Shown: positions 7,441-17,574 of the stretch, one piece after another
Numbering within the stretch: the stretch's first letter is position 1
How the letters are laid out: the number at the start of each line of letters is the position of its first letter
Assembly: GCA_021158735.1 (NCBI GenBank)
Contig: JAGGUC010000067.1
Coordinates: forward strand, 1 to 32,849
Source: Desulfurococcales archaeon
GTDB taxonomy: Archaea > Thermoproteota > Thermoprotei_A > Sulfolobales > NBVN01
DNA: 32,849 nucleotides
Direction: 5' to 3'
Notes under the pieces: generated by a model
What the model was told of the DNA's origin: nothing
Database searches by the model: none
What the model saw: only the letters and a program-made list of their open reading frames with translations
Program-made: the position numbers and the translations under genes

Positions 7441-7593
7441 TGGTTGATAATTAAGTATATTGATTTGGGGATTCCAATGATATTTATTATATAGTGCTTG
7501 ACCACTCCCTGGAAGGTTAGGAGGGCTGACAATAGGAGTCTAGGTATATCTCCTAGCTTAACTAACGCCTTATTAGAAAGCTCGGAAGCCTAA
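7441..7593 (+). pseudogene. Heavily decayed integrase 5' remnant of a further tandem element
   Basis: 7301-7567 aligns by eye with 1119-1388; residual peptides KYIDLG and WKVRRADNRSLGISPSLTN match RFIDLR and WNVRRVGSRNLGISSALAN. Confidence 0.7.
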
Positions 7594-7640
7594 AAATTAT
7601 TATGGAAGCATAGGATTTAGAAAACTGTTTGAGAATTATA

Positions 7641-7839
7641 TTGAAATTAGGCTTAGGAAATTCGGGCGGGATATTGTGTTTGACAGGAGGAACTTGCTAT
7701 GCCTGTAGGTGTTACTAAGCAAAAATAATAATTATTGAGAGGAAACATCTTTCATCACCAACACTAGCTTTGAAAATAACTCGCTTCTTTAATGTGCCTG
7801 TTGGAGAAATATTTAAGCTTAAAGGGAAATCCTACCTAG
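7641..7839 (+). pseudogene. Xre/HTH_3 transcriptional regulator remnant
   Basis: QEELAMPVGVTKQ and IIERKHLSSPTLALKITRFFNVPVGEIF in shifted frames. Confidence 0.65.
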
Positions 7840-7857
7840 GAGAAGGGTTGCAAAACA

Positions 7858-8322
7858 ATGAGTAGGCCTTGGATAAACTATTTCCTACAGAGCTTCCTAG
7901 CTATGGTGGCTATTTTCGTAGTCTTAGTTACTCTTAGCTTACAGCACATAGTTATAGTTGCTTCAATAGGTGCCTCGGCATTCATAGTTTTCATAATGCC
8001 TAAAAGCAAAACTGCTAGACCAAGAAACGTTATTGGGGGGCACCTAATAGGTTTCATGAGCGGTGCTCTATGCTGGTATATTAGCAAATTCTTTCATCAA
8101 GCGGAGCCTATAGCTACGTTAGTTATGTATTCTTTAGCAGTAGGGTTATCTACACTGCTAATGGTGATTACAGGTACGGAGCACCCACCAGCTTCCGGAA
8201 CAGCATTAGCTACAGCCATTAGTGGCTTTAGTTTTAAAATACTTGCAGCATTAATTATAAGTACTTGTGTTCTTTCAGCAATAAAGTATGCGCTAAGGCA
8301 TTACCTTAAGGACCTAGTTTAG
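7858..8322 (+). CDS. HPP-family membrane protein
   Basis: Hydrophobic helices; SIGASAFIVF, ARPRNVIGGH and TEHPPAS motifs. Confidence 0.9.
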   Translation: MSRPWINYFLQSFLAMVAIFVVLVTLSLQHIVIVASIGASAFIVFIMPKSKTARPRNVIGGHLIGFMSGALCWYISKFFHQAEPIATLVMYSLAVGLSTLLMVITGTEHPPASGTALATAISGFSFKILAALIISTCVLSAIKYALRHYLKDLV

Positions 8323-8471
8323 CCTTTAAAACTCCGCATTTTCGGCTTTAGGAATTTTAATAGCACGTTTAAAGCCAACTACCCTAAGTAAGGCATGCTA
8401 GTGTGAGATCTTGAAATAGCATTACTAATTGATATAGCTAACGTTATGGACTATAATTTCTGTTAGTTTCT

Positions 8472-8875
8472 ATCAAGGTGTGCATATAATCGGTGATGGT
8501 GTTGAAGAGCTTGACTTTTTAGGTTCTACGAGTACTTGCAGATGTTTGTGAGGTCTCGAAGCATCATATTGAGGTTTAGGCGCTAACGTTCCGTAAGAAA
8601 GGCATGGTTAAGTGCAGGAATGACCTTATGGTTCTTCCACATAAAGCAACTAAGGATTTTCATGCATGTAATCCCCCTGTAGTTCAGGTAGTGGAGAATT
8701 TGTTGAGAGCGCTCTAAGAGATCAAATGAATGTACTTCAAGAGTTCGGAACTATACCAACTGATTAACGAGTTGTTGTGAAAGGCAGCGTGATTACTGCG
8801 GCTAGGATTTCAGCTTCTATAGTTCTAGGATTAAAACTAATCGAGATCTTACTAAGCAAATATGTAAGTTGCTAA
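8472..8875 (+). pseudogene. DJ-1/PfpI-family remnant
   Basis: Fragments DGVEELDFLG, VKCRNDLMVLPH and RVVVKGSVITAARISASIVLGLKLIE, with stops and frameshifts. Confidence 0.65.
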
Positions 8876-9241
8876 ATACATCGGGTATTATAATGACTTA
8901 AAAGAGCAGGCAAATTGCGTATTCTTTATAAATTTATTTAAATTTATTACTGTTCATGTTAATCCTTTAATGTTACTAAATAATGCTACTAAAAGTAGCA
9001 TCATAGTTAAAACTTAGACATTACTGTAACCCTAGAGATTTTTCATACTATTCTTTTTATTAGTGCTTTTAGACTCATGCTAACAAGCCTTTCTAGAAGT
9101 ATAAGATATTTTCTGCTTTTTTGAAGATTGAAACCGGGATTCAGCGTGAGATTGAAGTTAATATTATTGCTAACGTAGGTCTACCTACCCTAAAAATGTG
9201 TTAAATGATACTTGAAAGTATGTACGAAACAGTTAAATATG

Positions 9242-9268
9242 GTGCACTTTTAATTATGTATAGTGCAC
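9242..9268. promoter_or_regulatory. Candidate operator GTGCAC-N15-GTGCAC
   Basis: Lies between the TATA-like TTAAATA and the ABC start; a similar site occurs at 12941-12968. Confidence 0.45.
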
Positions 9269-9278
9269 ATATCTGTAG

Positions 9279-10436
9279 GTGGTTGGGGTGGCGGGTAAGA
9301 CTAAGTTGGCTCTGGTATTGGGTATTGTCCTAGTTATTTTAGTTATTATTATATCGTACTCAGCCTACGTAGTAGTGCAGCCTAAGCAGAGCTCAAACAC
9401 AAGCAGTGGGTACATCGAGGCCGTCGACTTCATCAATAGGACCGTTAAGGTACCTAATAACGTGTCAAGGATCGTCGCTCTAGGTCCAGGAATGCTTAGG
9501 TTGGTTACATACCTTAATGCCACAGACCTTCTTGTGGGTGTTGAGGCTTCAGAGCAACTATGGGACCCTTTAGGAAGGGACTATGCAATAGCTTATGCAG
9601 AATTATTTAAGAAGCTGCCAGTCGTTGGTTTAGGAGGTCCTAGAAACCCTCCGGACCCTGAGAAAATAAGGTCTGTTAGTCCTGACCTCGTAATAGTACA
9701 TAAACTATATGCTCAAATGTACGACCCAGATAGGCTCTCTAGGGAGGTTGGTACCCCTGTTATAGTGCTTGATTATGGTAGGGCGGGTTACCTGGACATA
9801 GACTCTATTAAGAAGGCTCTGAAACTTCTGGGTGAGGTGCTGCACCGTGAGGAGAGGGCTGATGAGCTCTGTAGGTACATTGATGAATTAATTAGTGACC
9901 TGAAGAAGAGGACAGAAGGAATTAAGGAGAAGCCTTCAATTTACGTTGGTGCGGTCTCCTATAAGGGCAGGCAGCCATTTACTTCATCACAGTCACCATT
10001 TTCACCCCTCACACTGCTTAATACATCAAGCATCGTTGATGAAGTAGCTGTTAAGCCGGGCTTGATTTCTGTAGATTTCGAGTACCTACTAAGGAAGCAG
10101 CCAGACATTATTTTCATAGACCTTAATAATCTGGATATTGTAGCTCAGGACTTCAAGAAGGACTCAAGTAAGTACTGTGCCTTAAAAGCCTTCAGGGAGG
10201 GGAGAGTATGTACTATACTTCCTTTTAATTACTACCACACAAACATAGCTACTGCGCTAGCAGACGCCTATTACATAGGTAAGGTATTGTATCCAAGCAA
10301 ATTCGCTGATGTAGACCCTGTGAAAAAAGCAAATGAGATATTCAAGGTCTTCCTGGGTAAGCCTCTGTATGATGAGTTCGTTAGGGGCTACGGTATTGGT
10401 TTCAGTAACATAGCGAACATGTTTAGGTGCAGCTAA
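9279..10436 (+). CDS. Iron-siderophore/cobalamin-type ABC transporter substrate-binding protein
   Basis: N-terminal anchor; DFINRTVKVP..VSRIVALG; PDPEKI...PDLVI; LCALKAFREGRV-like C-terminal motif. Confidence 0.9.
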   Translation: MVGVAGKTKLALVLGIVLVILVIIISYSAYVVVQPKQSSNTSSGYIEAVDFINRTVKVPNNVSRIVALGPGMLRLVTYLNATDLLVGVEASEQLWDPLGRDYAIAYAELFKKLPVVGLGGPRNPPDPEKIRSVSPDLVIVHKLYAQMYDPDRLSREVGTPVIVLDYGRAGYLDIDSIKKALKLLGEVLHREERADELCRYIDELISDLKKRTEGIKEKPSIYVGAVSYKGRQPFTSSQSPFSPLTLLNTSSIVDEVAVKPGLISVDFEYLLRKQPDIIFIDLNNLDIVAQDFKKDSSKYCALKAFREGRVCTILPFNYYHTNIATALADAYYIGKVLYPSKFADVDPVKKANEIFKVFLGKPLYDEFVRGYGIGFSNIANMFRCS

Positions 10437-11503
10437 GCATGAGTAAGAAGATCGATCAAGAGTATGTGACCAACTCGTCACTTCGTAAAATACTTATTTT
10501 AGCTGTACTACTTGTGGTTTTAGCCCTCTTAATTCCATTATCAGCATCTATAGGATTATACAATGTGTCATTTTTTGATGCTTTCAAGGTATTGCTGGGG
10601 TATAAATTACCGGGGAATGAAGCAGTTGCTCTTTGGCTTAGGTTGAGGAGATGCCTTGTAGGAGTTATTACAGGTATGTTACTAGCTGGAGGTGGAACCA
10701 TCATGCAGGCTGTTCTGCGTAATCCACTAGCATCACCCTTCACGTTAGGAATCTCTCACGCTGCAGCTCTAGGAGTTGCCATAGCCCTCATAACGGGATC
10801 TGCAGGCTACACGACTATGTGGTTTATGGAGATTACCTCTCCTTATGTGCTACCTATTTTTGCCTTTGTTTTTGCATTATCTCAGTCACTGCTAATACTC
10901 CTGCTGGCTCAGAAAGAAGGGCTAGAGCCGCGTGCAATAATTCTCTCAGCTATAGCTATGGCTTTCACATACCAAGCAATTTTAGCTCTACTGCAGTACT
11001 TAGTACTTAATGAATTGCAAATTGCGACAATAGTTTTCTGGATGTTCGGCGACTTATCTAGAGCTGGTGATGCAGAGCTTCAAATACTCTCACTTACATT
11101 TCCTGCTCTAGTAGCTATGTATATGCTGCTACACGCCGACCTAGATCTAGTCTCGATCAGTGATGACGTGGCTCTTTCCTCCGGCGTGATTCCTTGGAGG
11201 GTCAGGTTAGTAGCGGTAGTGGTCTCAACTCTGGGGGCAGCACTCGCTACGTCTTTCGTAGGGATCTTAGCTTTTCTCTGCCTAGTTTCCCCCCACATAG
11301 CTAGACTACTCATTGGTGCTTCCCACCGCTATCTAATTCCCACCGCTATGATCGTTGGTTCAATACTGCTTCTAATAGCCGATATTGCCTCAAGGACTGT
11401 ACTGTCACCAATAACGCTTCCTGTCGGTATAGTTCTGTCATTTATTGGTGCACCGGTACTGATCGTGCTATTAATGAAGGGTGGTGGGCATGGTCATTAT
11501 TAA
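10427..11503 (+). CDS. FecCD/BtuC-family ABC permease
   Basis: MQAVLRNPLASPFTLGISHAAALG, FVGILAFLCLVSPHIAR, LPVGIV...GAP. Confidence 0.92.
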   Translation: MQLSMSKKIDQEYVTNSSLRKILILAVLLVVLALLIPLSASIGLYNVSFFDAFKVLLGYKLPGNEAVALWLRLRRCLVGVITGMLLAGGGTIMQAVLRNPLASPFTLGISHAAALGVAIALITGSAGYTTMWFMEITSPYVLPIFAFVFALSQSLLILLLAQKEGLEPRAIILSAIAMAFTYQAILALLQYLVLNELQIATIVFWMFGDLSRAGDAELQILSLTFPALVAMYMLLHADLDLVSISDDVALSSGVIPWRVRLVAVVVSTLGAALATSFVGILAFLCLVSPHIARLLIGASHRYLIPTAMIVGSILLLIADIASRTVLSPITLPVGIVLSFIGAPVLIVLLMKGGGHGHY

Positions 11504-12245
11504 GGTAGTTAATATTGACGTATACTATAACAGCTACAAAGCCCTAGATAGAGTCTCAATTACAGCTAGACCTGGGGAGGTGGTTGGAATAATAGGCCCT
11601 AATGGTAGCGGCAAGACAACACTTCTAAGAACCATAGACGGTATCCTCAGACCTAAAATAGGTTCTGTATATATTGATGGAAAGAAGGTAACTTCTATGA
11701 AGAGACGTGAAGTAGCTAAGCTAGTTGGCTACGTACCTCAGAGAACAGAGTTCTCTACATACATGACTGTCTTAGACTTCGTCTTGACTGGTAGGAGACC
11801 ATACATAGGGCTTAGCTATACTAATAAGGACTTCAAGAAAGCAGTAAATGCCTTAAAAATGGTTAGTGCCCACCACTTAATAGATAGGAGACTAGATCAA
11901 TTAAGTGGTGGCGAGCTTCAGCGAGTTATAATAGCGCGTTCGTTAGCGGCAGAACCTAGTGTACTTCTACTTGATGAGCCAACCGCAAACCTAGATCCCC
12001 GATATCAAATTGAGGTACTGGAACACATCAGGAGTTTAGCAGAGGAGAAAAGAAATACCATTTTAGTAACCCTTCATGACTTAACACATGCCTACAGGTA
12101 CTCAGACAAGGTTATTATGATGAAGAATGGGAGAGTGTTTGCTATGGGTGACCCGCAAGAAGTCATTACATCTGAGAACATCAAGAACGTCTTTGGTTTA
12201 GAGGCACTCGTACTAAAAGAATTGAAAGCTGTTATTTTTAGGTAG
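11481..12245 (+). CDS. ABC ATP-binding protein (FecE/BtuD type)
   Basis: GPNGSGKT, LSGGELQR, LLLDEPT, TLHDL. Confidence 0.95.
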   Translation: MVGMVIIKVVNIDVYYNSYKALDRVSITARPGEVVGIIGPNGSGKTTLLRTIDGILRPKIGSVYIDGKKVTSMKRREVAKLVGYVPQRTEFSTYMTVLDFVLTGRRPYIGLSYTNKDFKKAVNALKMVSAHHLIDRRLDQLSGGELQRVIIARSLAAEPSVLLLDEPTANLDPRYQIEVLEHIRSLAEEKRNTILVTLHDLTHAYRYSDKVIMMKNGRVFAMGDPQEVITSENIKNVFGLEALVLKELKAVIFR

Positions 12246-12938
12246 AACCGCCTGATTCCTCAGAGCTTTATATATTGGTGGATGCAGTACTGATATTCCG
12301 CGGCCAACAACAGCATTCAGAGTTCTCCCTGCACACGCTAGACACAACGGCTCATCATCTACGTAGACCACTCGAGCGGACATCACAAGCTCTCCACACC
12401 TAGAACATCTAATACTTTCAAAAATAGGGGCTCTTTCAACCTCCCTAACAATCTCTACCTCATGAATTACGAACTCATCTTCAGTTATCTCCGCCATCAT
12501 GTAGCCTATTTCCTCCCATAGCTCCTGTAGCTTATGGATCTCCTCCTCAGAACCCTCCCTTCTAACAACCACCTTCTCGAACAGTTCATGAACCTCCTTT
12601 GAAAAATACTTCTTCCTAAGTTCCTCAGCATCAATGTATACTCTAACGCCTCTTTCTTCACCCCTCTTAAGTAATGTCAGCGCGTTCTTCCCTAAATCAA
12701 TATACACTAAGGAATTATTACCGAAAGTACATCCAGTAGCTACCTGGACGCCATCGGCAAAACAGTTATTTACCTCAACAATAGCTAGGACGTCCTCCCT
12801 CACAGTCTCAACTACTCCCGACTTCTTCAAGCCCAGCTTCTTCATAGCTATTTCGGAAGCCCTTAAACCTAGAACTAAGAACGGGCATACATGGCCATGG
12901 AACATCCTAGCTTTTTCTATCAACTCCTTACTAACCAT
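12213..12938 (-). CDS. FmdE-family protein with C-terminal zinc finger
   Basis: FHGHVCPFLVLG, NNCFADGVQ..TGCTFGN, CSRC...CLAC; the ATG at 12938 is the likelier start. Confidence 0.9.
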   Translation of the reverse strand: MVSKELIEKARMFHGHVCPFLVLGLRASEIAMKKLGLKKSGVVETVREDVLAIVEVNNCFADGVQVATGCTFGNNSLVYIDLGKNALTLLKRGEERGVRVYIDAEELRKKYFSKEVHELFEKVVVRREGSEEEIHKLQELWEEIGYMMAEITEDEFVIHEVEIVREVERAPIFESIRCSRCGELVMSARVVYVDDEPLCLACAGRTLNAVVGRGISVLHPPIYKALRNQAVLPKNNSFQFF

Positions 12939-12940
12939 AT

Positions 12941-12968
12941 GTGCACCCAATAATTTTATGATGTACAC
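12941..12968. promoter_or_regulatory. Candidate operator GTGTAC-N16-GTGCAC (read on minus strand)
   Basis: Immediately upstream of the FmdE-like ATG, with an AT-rich spacer. Confidence 0.45.
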
Positions 12969-13086
12969 TATATAATATGTATTACTTCAGTCACAAGAAA
13001 CTACGGTTGTGAGGCAGATGTCTAAAGTACTAGTACTCTTACACGTGATTTACCTGTACATTATTCATTACAATACGTCTTGGATT

Positions 13087-13802
13087 TTAATTACACTCTA
13101 GAAGTTTACCGAATCCTTTAATGTTCGGGCTAATCCCTAATTCATGCAGCGCTAACCACACAGACGCAGTATTACTTGATACGACAGGTTTCCTCAGGTC
13201 TCTTTCAAGAGGCTCTATCACTTCTATAGTTCTGAAATTAGTGTAGCTAATTAATACCCCATCAGCTTCAGGCACAAAGACCTCTCTTACGAGCCCTATA
13301 CGCTGTCCATGGTGGCTGACGCCCTATGTCCGTGTTTTTAATTATGTTCAAACCCTTTATGTTAAGTACCTTAAACCCGCTGTCTTCAAGAAATTTCTTT
13401 TCTAGTTGATTGAGCTCCTCTATGTAGGGGGTAGCCACCACTAATTTAGAAATATTGAGGGCGTGCAGAGCTTCAATAATAGCGAGTGCTGTAGTTATAG
13501 TCTTTATTCCTGCCCCTTGCTTCAATAGATTTTCTCAGCTTCTGCTCCCACTCAATACCCTCCAGTAAAGACCCCGTCGTACATCCATAAACTATAATAT
13601 CTACTTCAGCAGTGGCTAGATCCTCTGCCGCTTTTAATGACTCCCTTGCCATATCTCAAAGTGCTTTCGGCGTTACCTCCACCAGCCGAATCCTAGATGT
13701 GTGAGTGGTCACACCTTCAGGAACTAATTCCCAGAACTCGCTTTCCATTGTTGTATTTGATGAAGGCACAATTAAACCTACCCTGTTACGCCACCCATAC
13801 AC
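13087..13802 (-). pseudogene. Maleate cis-trans isomerase / Asp-Glu racemase family, disrupted
   Basis: GLIVPSSNTTME, YGCTTGS, VATPY and KPVVSSNTA; in-frame TGA at 13656 and frameshifts near 13525 and 13280; second catalytic Cys position reads SYTNF. Confidence 0.85.
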
Positions 13803-13941
13803 CAATACCACCACAGTAGTACAAAACTCCTGATTTCTTAATAGTATATTCATAATATTCTTTATGTATTACTCAGAGTTACAACCTTCTTACAGGAATG
13901 ACCAGTGTAGATCCTCAATTGAAGTTCAAAATGATATACGA

Positions 13942-14907
13942 TCATGTAATGTAAATTAATGGGGTAGATGTAGTAACCAGTACCTTCTTATCTCTGTAGC
14001 ATGGTGCCTTAACATTGAATTCGCTAATTAATCTAATTAATAATTTAAGTCCTTGAATAACCCCGCTAATAATATTCGCATAGCATGTACTCCCTTTCGA
14101 GACCATAACGTATGGCGTACCTAGTTTTGAGAGAATACCTGAGAGACTTAATGCTTTACTAGTTCTCTCGCTAGGGAAGACCACCGTAAGAGCACTCCTG
14201 GATATGCTATATATAGGTGCATGCAGGAACTCCTCCAGTAGGTATGTTCTGCAGGGTAGGCAAAGTGTTTCATATAGCTTTAAGCATGTAAAATACGCTG
14301 GTACTAACCCGCTTCCCTCACCTACGGTAATAACTTCGCTTATGCCTCTAGCGCTCACTAACCCATGCATCCTGACCTCACGTATGAGCACGTTGTTAAG
14401 CTGCGACTTCAATGTACTTGCATTCAATTCTACTCCAAGAAGTTTGGCTACTGCTGCAACCGTAGCTATGAAACTTGATACCCCGACAGGGAACTCCTCA
14501 CACGTACTAGTAACTTCGACTACATTACTTACGACTGAAGCTAGCGGGGAATGAGGATCTGATGTAATTGCCACTACCTCCCATCCTAAAGACCTCAATT
14601 TGTCGGCAGACTTGACTACCTCTCTAGTTCTTCCCTTATATGAAATAGCCAGTGCTGTTTTTCTGGTGTCAAATGATTTATTTACATAAATTGATAAGCT
14701 TAATGGGTCAATAGCTAAGAATTTGAGTGAGGATAAATATTGAGTAGCAAGCGCAGCTGCGAAGGAATCACCAGCACCAAATGCATAACCGTGCTTGACC
14801 CCGGCTAAATTTATGTTCATGGGTTTCTTGAGCTGGCATGCGATAACTTCAGTAAACTTCGAGATTTCATGTCTAATGAAGTCAGCGAGATCCGTACGTA
14901 TCACCAT
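13942..14907 (-). CDS. SIS-domain sugar isomerase/deaminase-like protein
   Basis: GAGDSFAAA, AISYKGRTREVV, ITSDPHSPLA, LKLYE...EEFLHAP. Confidence 0.8.
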   Translation of the reverse strand: MVIRTDLADFIRHEISKFTEVIACQLKKPMNINLAGVKHGYAFGAGDSFAAALATQYLSSLKFLAIDPLSLSIYVNKSFDTRKTALAISYKGRTREVVKSADKLRSLGWEVVAITSDPHSPLASVVSNVVEVTSTCEEFPVGVSSFIATVAAVAKLLGVELNASTLKSQLNNVLIREVRMHGLVSARGISEVITVGEGSGLVPAYFTCLKLYETLCLPCRTYLLEEFLHAPIYSISRSALTVVFPSERTSKALSLSGILSKLGTPYVMVSKGSTCYANIISGVIQGLKLLIRLISEFNVKAPCYRDKKVLVTTSTPLIYIT

Positions 14908-15033
14908 GACAAATCATACGGGGATTGCTTTTAAAGAATAGTGACCAAAGTAGTTTTTAAGGAGGCTGCAAGTTCGGGAATCAAGGCCTGTAGGCAATGC
15001 AGTAATATATGGTGTTCATGAACCCGCCAGCCA

Positions 15034-16314
15034 TCAACTAATGTCTATGAGTAGGTTATCACCATTAACTGGGAAGTATATATCTACATCAGTAAGGTGT
15101 TCCTGCAACTTCTCTTTAAAGATCATTCCAGTCTCTTCCTCGCTATGCACCAAGATTACCTTAGATAGGCCTCTAATAGACCTTGCAAGCCTAATGAGTC
15201 CATCAGCCCCGGCATGACTTGAGAAGTCAAACCACTGCACTCTAGCTTTCACACTCTCCCCGTTCTCAGTATAGCAGCCGTCCTCAAGCAGTAATCTGCC
15301 AGGAGTTGTCGGGCCTTGATACGACACGAGGAAAATGGAGTTGCTTGGGTCACTGCTTAACTTCTTAAGATAGTATACTGCTGGACCGCCCTTCAACATC
15401 CCAGCTGAGCTAACTATAATATTCCCCCTGCTCTTAACGATCTTCCTCCTCTCACTCGAACTCCTCACCATCCTGAACTCCTTCAGCGCTCTCACCAGTA
15501 AGTCATATCTATTCAGGTACTCAGGGTGGCTCACTAAAATGTCATTTATAACCCTGATCATGCCGTCATAGTAGACGTTAGCCCATCTCAACCTCTCGTA
15601 CAGTAGTAGGAGAACCTCCTGGGACCTACCTAAACTAAAGGCAGGTATAAGTACATTACCTCCTTCATCAATTACCTCCTTCACAGACTCTATGAACTCC
15701 TTCTCAATTTCCTCCCTTTTCGGGTGAATGGAATTCCCGTAAGTCCCCTCAGTGATCAGTACGTCTGCCTCTAGACCGTCCATGAAGGCACCTTTCACGA
15801 GCCTAGTGTCAATGGTGTTTATGTCACCCGTGTATAGTATTTTAGCACCTCCTATCTCAACATAGATCATGGCACTGCCCGGTATATGCCCTGCATTAAC
15901 TAACTTGATATTGTAGTCGCCGAACCTCACTTCACTGTCATAGTACAGATCCAGTGTGCTGTCCAGCATCACCTCGATATCTACCTGTTCATAGGGGAGG
16001 TAGTACCCTGAGATCTTCAGGAAGTCAGACAACATTATTTTAGACAGTTCCTTAGTTACTCTCGTCATTACGGCGGGGATCTTGAATGACGTATAGAGCA
16101 TCGGTAAAGCACCGATATGGTCCAGGTGCGCGTGCGATACCGCTACAGCAGCAAGCTCGCTAGGTCTTATGTGTAATGGAAGTTGCGGAATATCTTTCTC
16201 ATCGAAATTAATTCCGTAATCTAGTAGCAGGTACCTACTATCACTTCTCACAGCCACTGCCGCACGACCTACCTCACGACCACCTCCCAAGATCCTGATC
16301 TTCATCTGAGCCAC
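15034..16314 (-). CDS. MBL-fold beta-CASP ribonuclease (aCPSF2-like)
   Basis: GGGREVGR, SHAHLDH, AGHIPGS, YTGD, EGTYG, FSSHA, LVHSE; no KH domains. Confidence 0.92.
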   Translation of the reverse strand: MAQMKIRILGGGREVGRAAVAVRSDSRYLLLDYGINFDEKDIPQLPLHIRPSELAAVAVSHAHLDHIGALPMLYTSFKIPAVMTRVTKELSKIMLSDFLKISGYYLPYEQVDIEVMLDSTLDLYYDSEVRFGDYNIKLVNAGHIPGSAMIYVEIGGAKILYTGDINTIDTRLVKGAFMDGLEADVLITEGTYGNSIHPKREEIEKEFIESVKEVIDEGGNVLIPAFSLGRSQEVLLLLYERLRWANVYYDGMIRVINDILVSHPEYLNRYDLLVRALKEFRMVRSSSERRKIVKSRGNIIVSSAGMLKGGPAVYYLKKLSSDPSNSIFLVSYQGPTTPGRLLLEDGCYTENGESVKARVQWFDFSSHAGADGLIRLARSIRGLSKVILVHSEEETGMIFKEKLQEHLTDVDIYFPVNGDNLLIDIS

Positions 16315-16374
16315 TTCCTCACCTAGAGTAACTCTTTATATTTCTCAGATAATAAACTAAACTGAGGATGAGTA

Positions 16375-16749
16375 ATGCTCCCCTTCAACCCAAGAGAACT
16401 CAGGAGAATGCTCAGAAGAATGGGAATACGTGTTGAGGAGTTCAATAACGTTAGGTCCGTCAGCATCGTACTTGATGATAAAGAGATAATTATAAGGCAG
16501 CCGCAGGTGTCAGTAATGACTGTTCAAGGACAGAAGATATACCAGATTGTAGGAGGTCAGGAAGAGAGTGTGGATCTGTCTGCTGAGTCAGGAATTGTTG
16601 AGGAAGTTACTTTTAGTGATGATGATATTAAGTTCGTAATGGAGCAGGCTGGCGTTGATAGAGAGCTAGCTGTGAGAGCGCTTAAGGAGGCAGGTGGCGA
16701 CATAGCTAAGGCAATACTCTTGATCACTGAAGGTAAGCTAAAGAGCTGA
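16375..16749 (+). CDS. nac: Nascent polypeptide-associated complex protein
   Basis: NPRELRRMLRRMGI, NAC beta-barrel region, UBA-like DDIKFVMEQAGV...GDIAKAIL. Confidence 0.95.
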   Translation: MLPFNPRELRRMLRRMGIRVEEFNNVRSVSIVLDDKEIIIRQPQVSVMTVQGQKIYQIVGGQEESVDLSAESGIVEEVTFSDDDIKFVMEQAGVDRELAVRALKEAGGDIAKAILLITEGKLKS

Positions 16750-17451
16750 TGCCCTGACCCCCCTTAATGCCGAAACCAGTTCAGGTACATCCCCCTTGAG
16801 TGATAGAACCAGCGGTATGCCTTCCCTATCAGCCAGCCTGATAGCCATAGGATCGACTTTTTTAGGTCCGTGAAGTACCACCACTGCAGGTTTTACAGGT
16901 GCGACACGAACAGCTATCATGGGTGACCTCCCAGTTGTTACTTTAGTAAATATTAGTGCGCGGTTAGTGGTTAATCCCATTAACTGCCAGAACTGATCTC
17001 CACTTAATGACACTATGGCACCAATACTGTCTATGACGGTATAGCCGTAGAATTCCGTTCCTGAAATCCGGGAATTCACAATGATCCCTTCTACAGCTGT
17101 CACTAACTCGTCCAGAGTGAGGGGAGTGCTTAGATCCCTAGCATCTATTATAGCGCCCAAGTCTAAATTGAACATCTTAGCCAGTTGCCTAGACGTGATC
17201 CACCCTCTCTCTGAATCGATTTGGAATAGTGCGTCAACAAACCTTCTAAGGAACCTGACCCCAGGTAACCTCCTACTCTTTTCATAGTCAACTATCACAC
17301 TCGGTGTAATACCCATGGCTTTAGCAACTTCTACCTGCGTAGCCTTGAATGTCTCTCTCCATCTCTTTAAAGCCGCACCGCAATTATCACTCACTACAAT
17401 GTCACCAGCGATCCTACGTGCAATAACCTCCTTAACATAGTCGTTAACCAT
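16738..17451 (-). CDS. Conserved archaeal HTH transcriptional regulator (Xre HTH plus DRTGG-like domain)
   Basis: RRIAGDIV, ALKRWRE..ATQVEVA, GYTVIDS, FTKVTTGRSPMIAVRV. Confidence 0.88.
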   Translation of the reverse strand: MVNDYVKEVIARRIAGDIVVSDNCGAALKRWRETFKATQVEVAKAMGITPSVIVDYEKSRRLPGVRFLRRFVDALFQIDSERGWITSRQLAKMFNLDLGAIIDARDLSTPLTLDELVTAVEGIIVNSRISGTEFYGYTVIDSIGAIVSLSGDQFWQLMGLTTNRALIFTKVTTGRSPMIAVRVAPVKPAVVVLHGPKKVDPMAIRLADREGIPLVLSLKGDVPELVSALRGVRASAL

Positions 17452-17574
17452 TTATACGACCAATTAATCATGTGTTAATTAAATAAAATAATTATATTGA
17501 AACTACCTGAATGTTTGGAAATACGTATTTTCGAAGTTACTTAGTTTTCATTTCTTCAAGAACCGTCAAGAACG

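Noticed and set aside
17511-17574. Tracked start of the adenine deaminase ORF
   Set aside because: The first ~20 codons do not resemble the family; recognisable homology begins near AIQMTTLN
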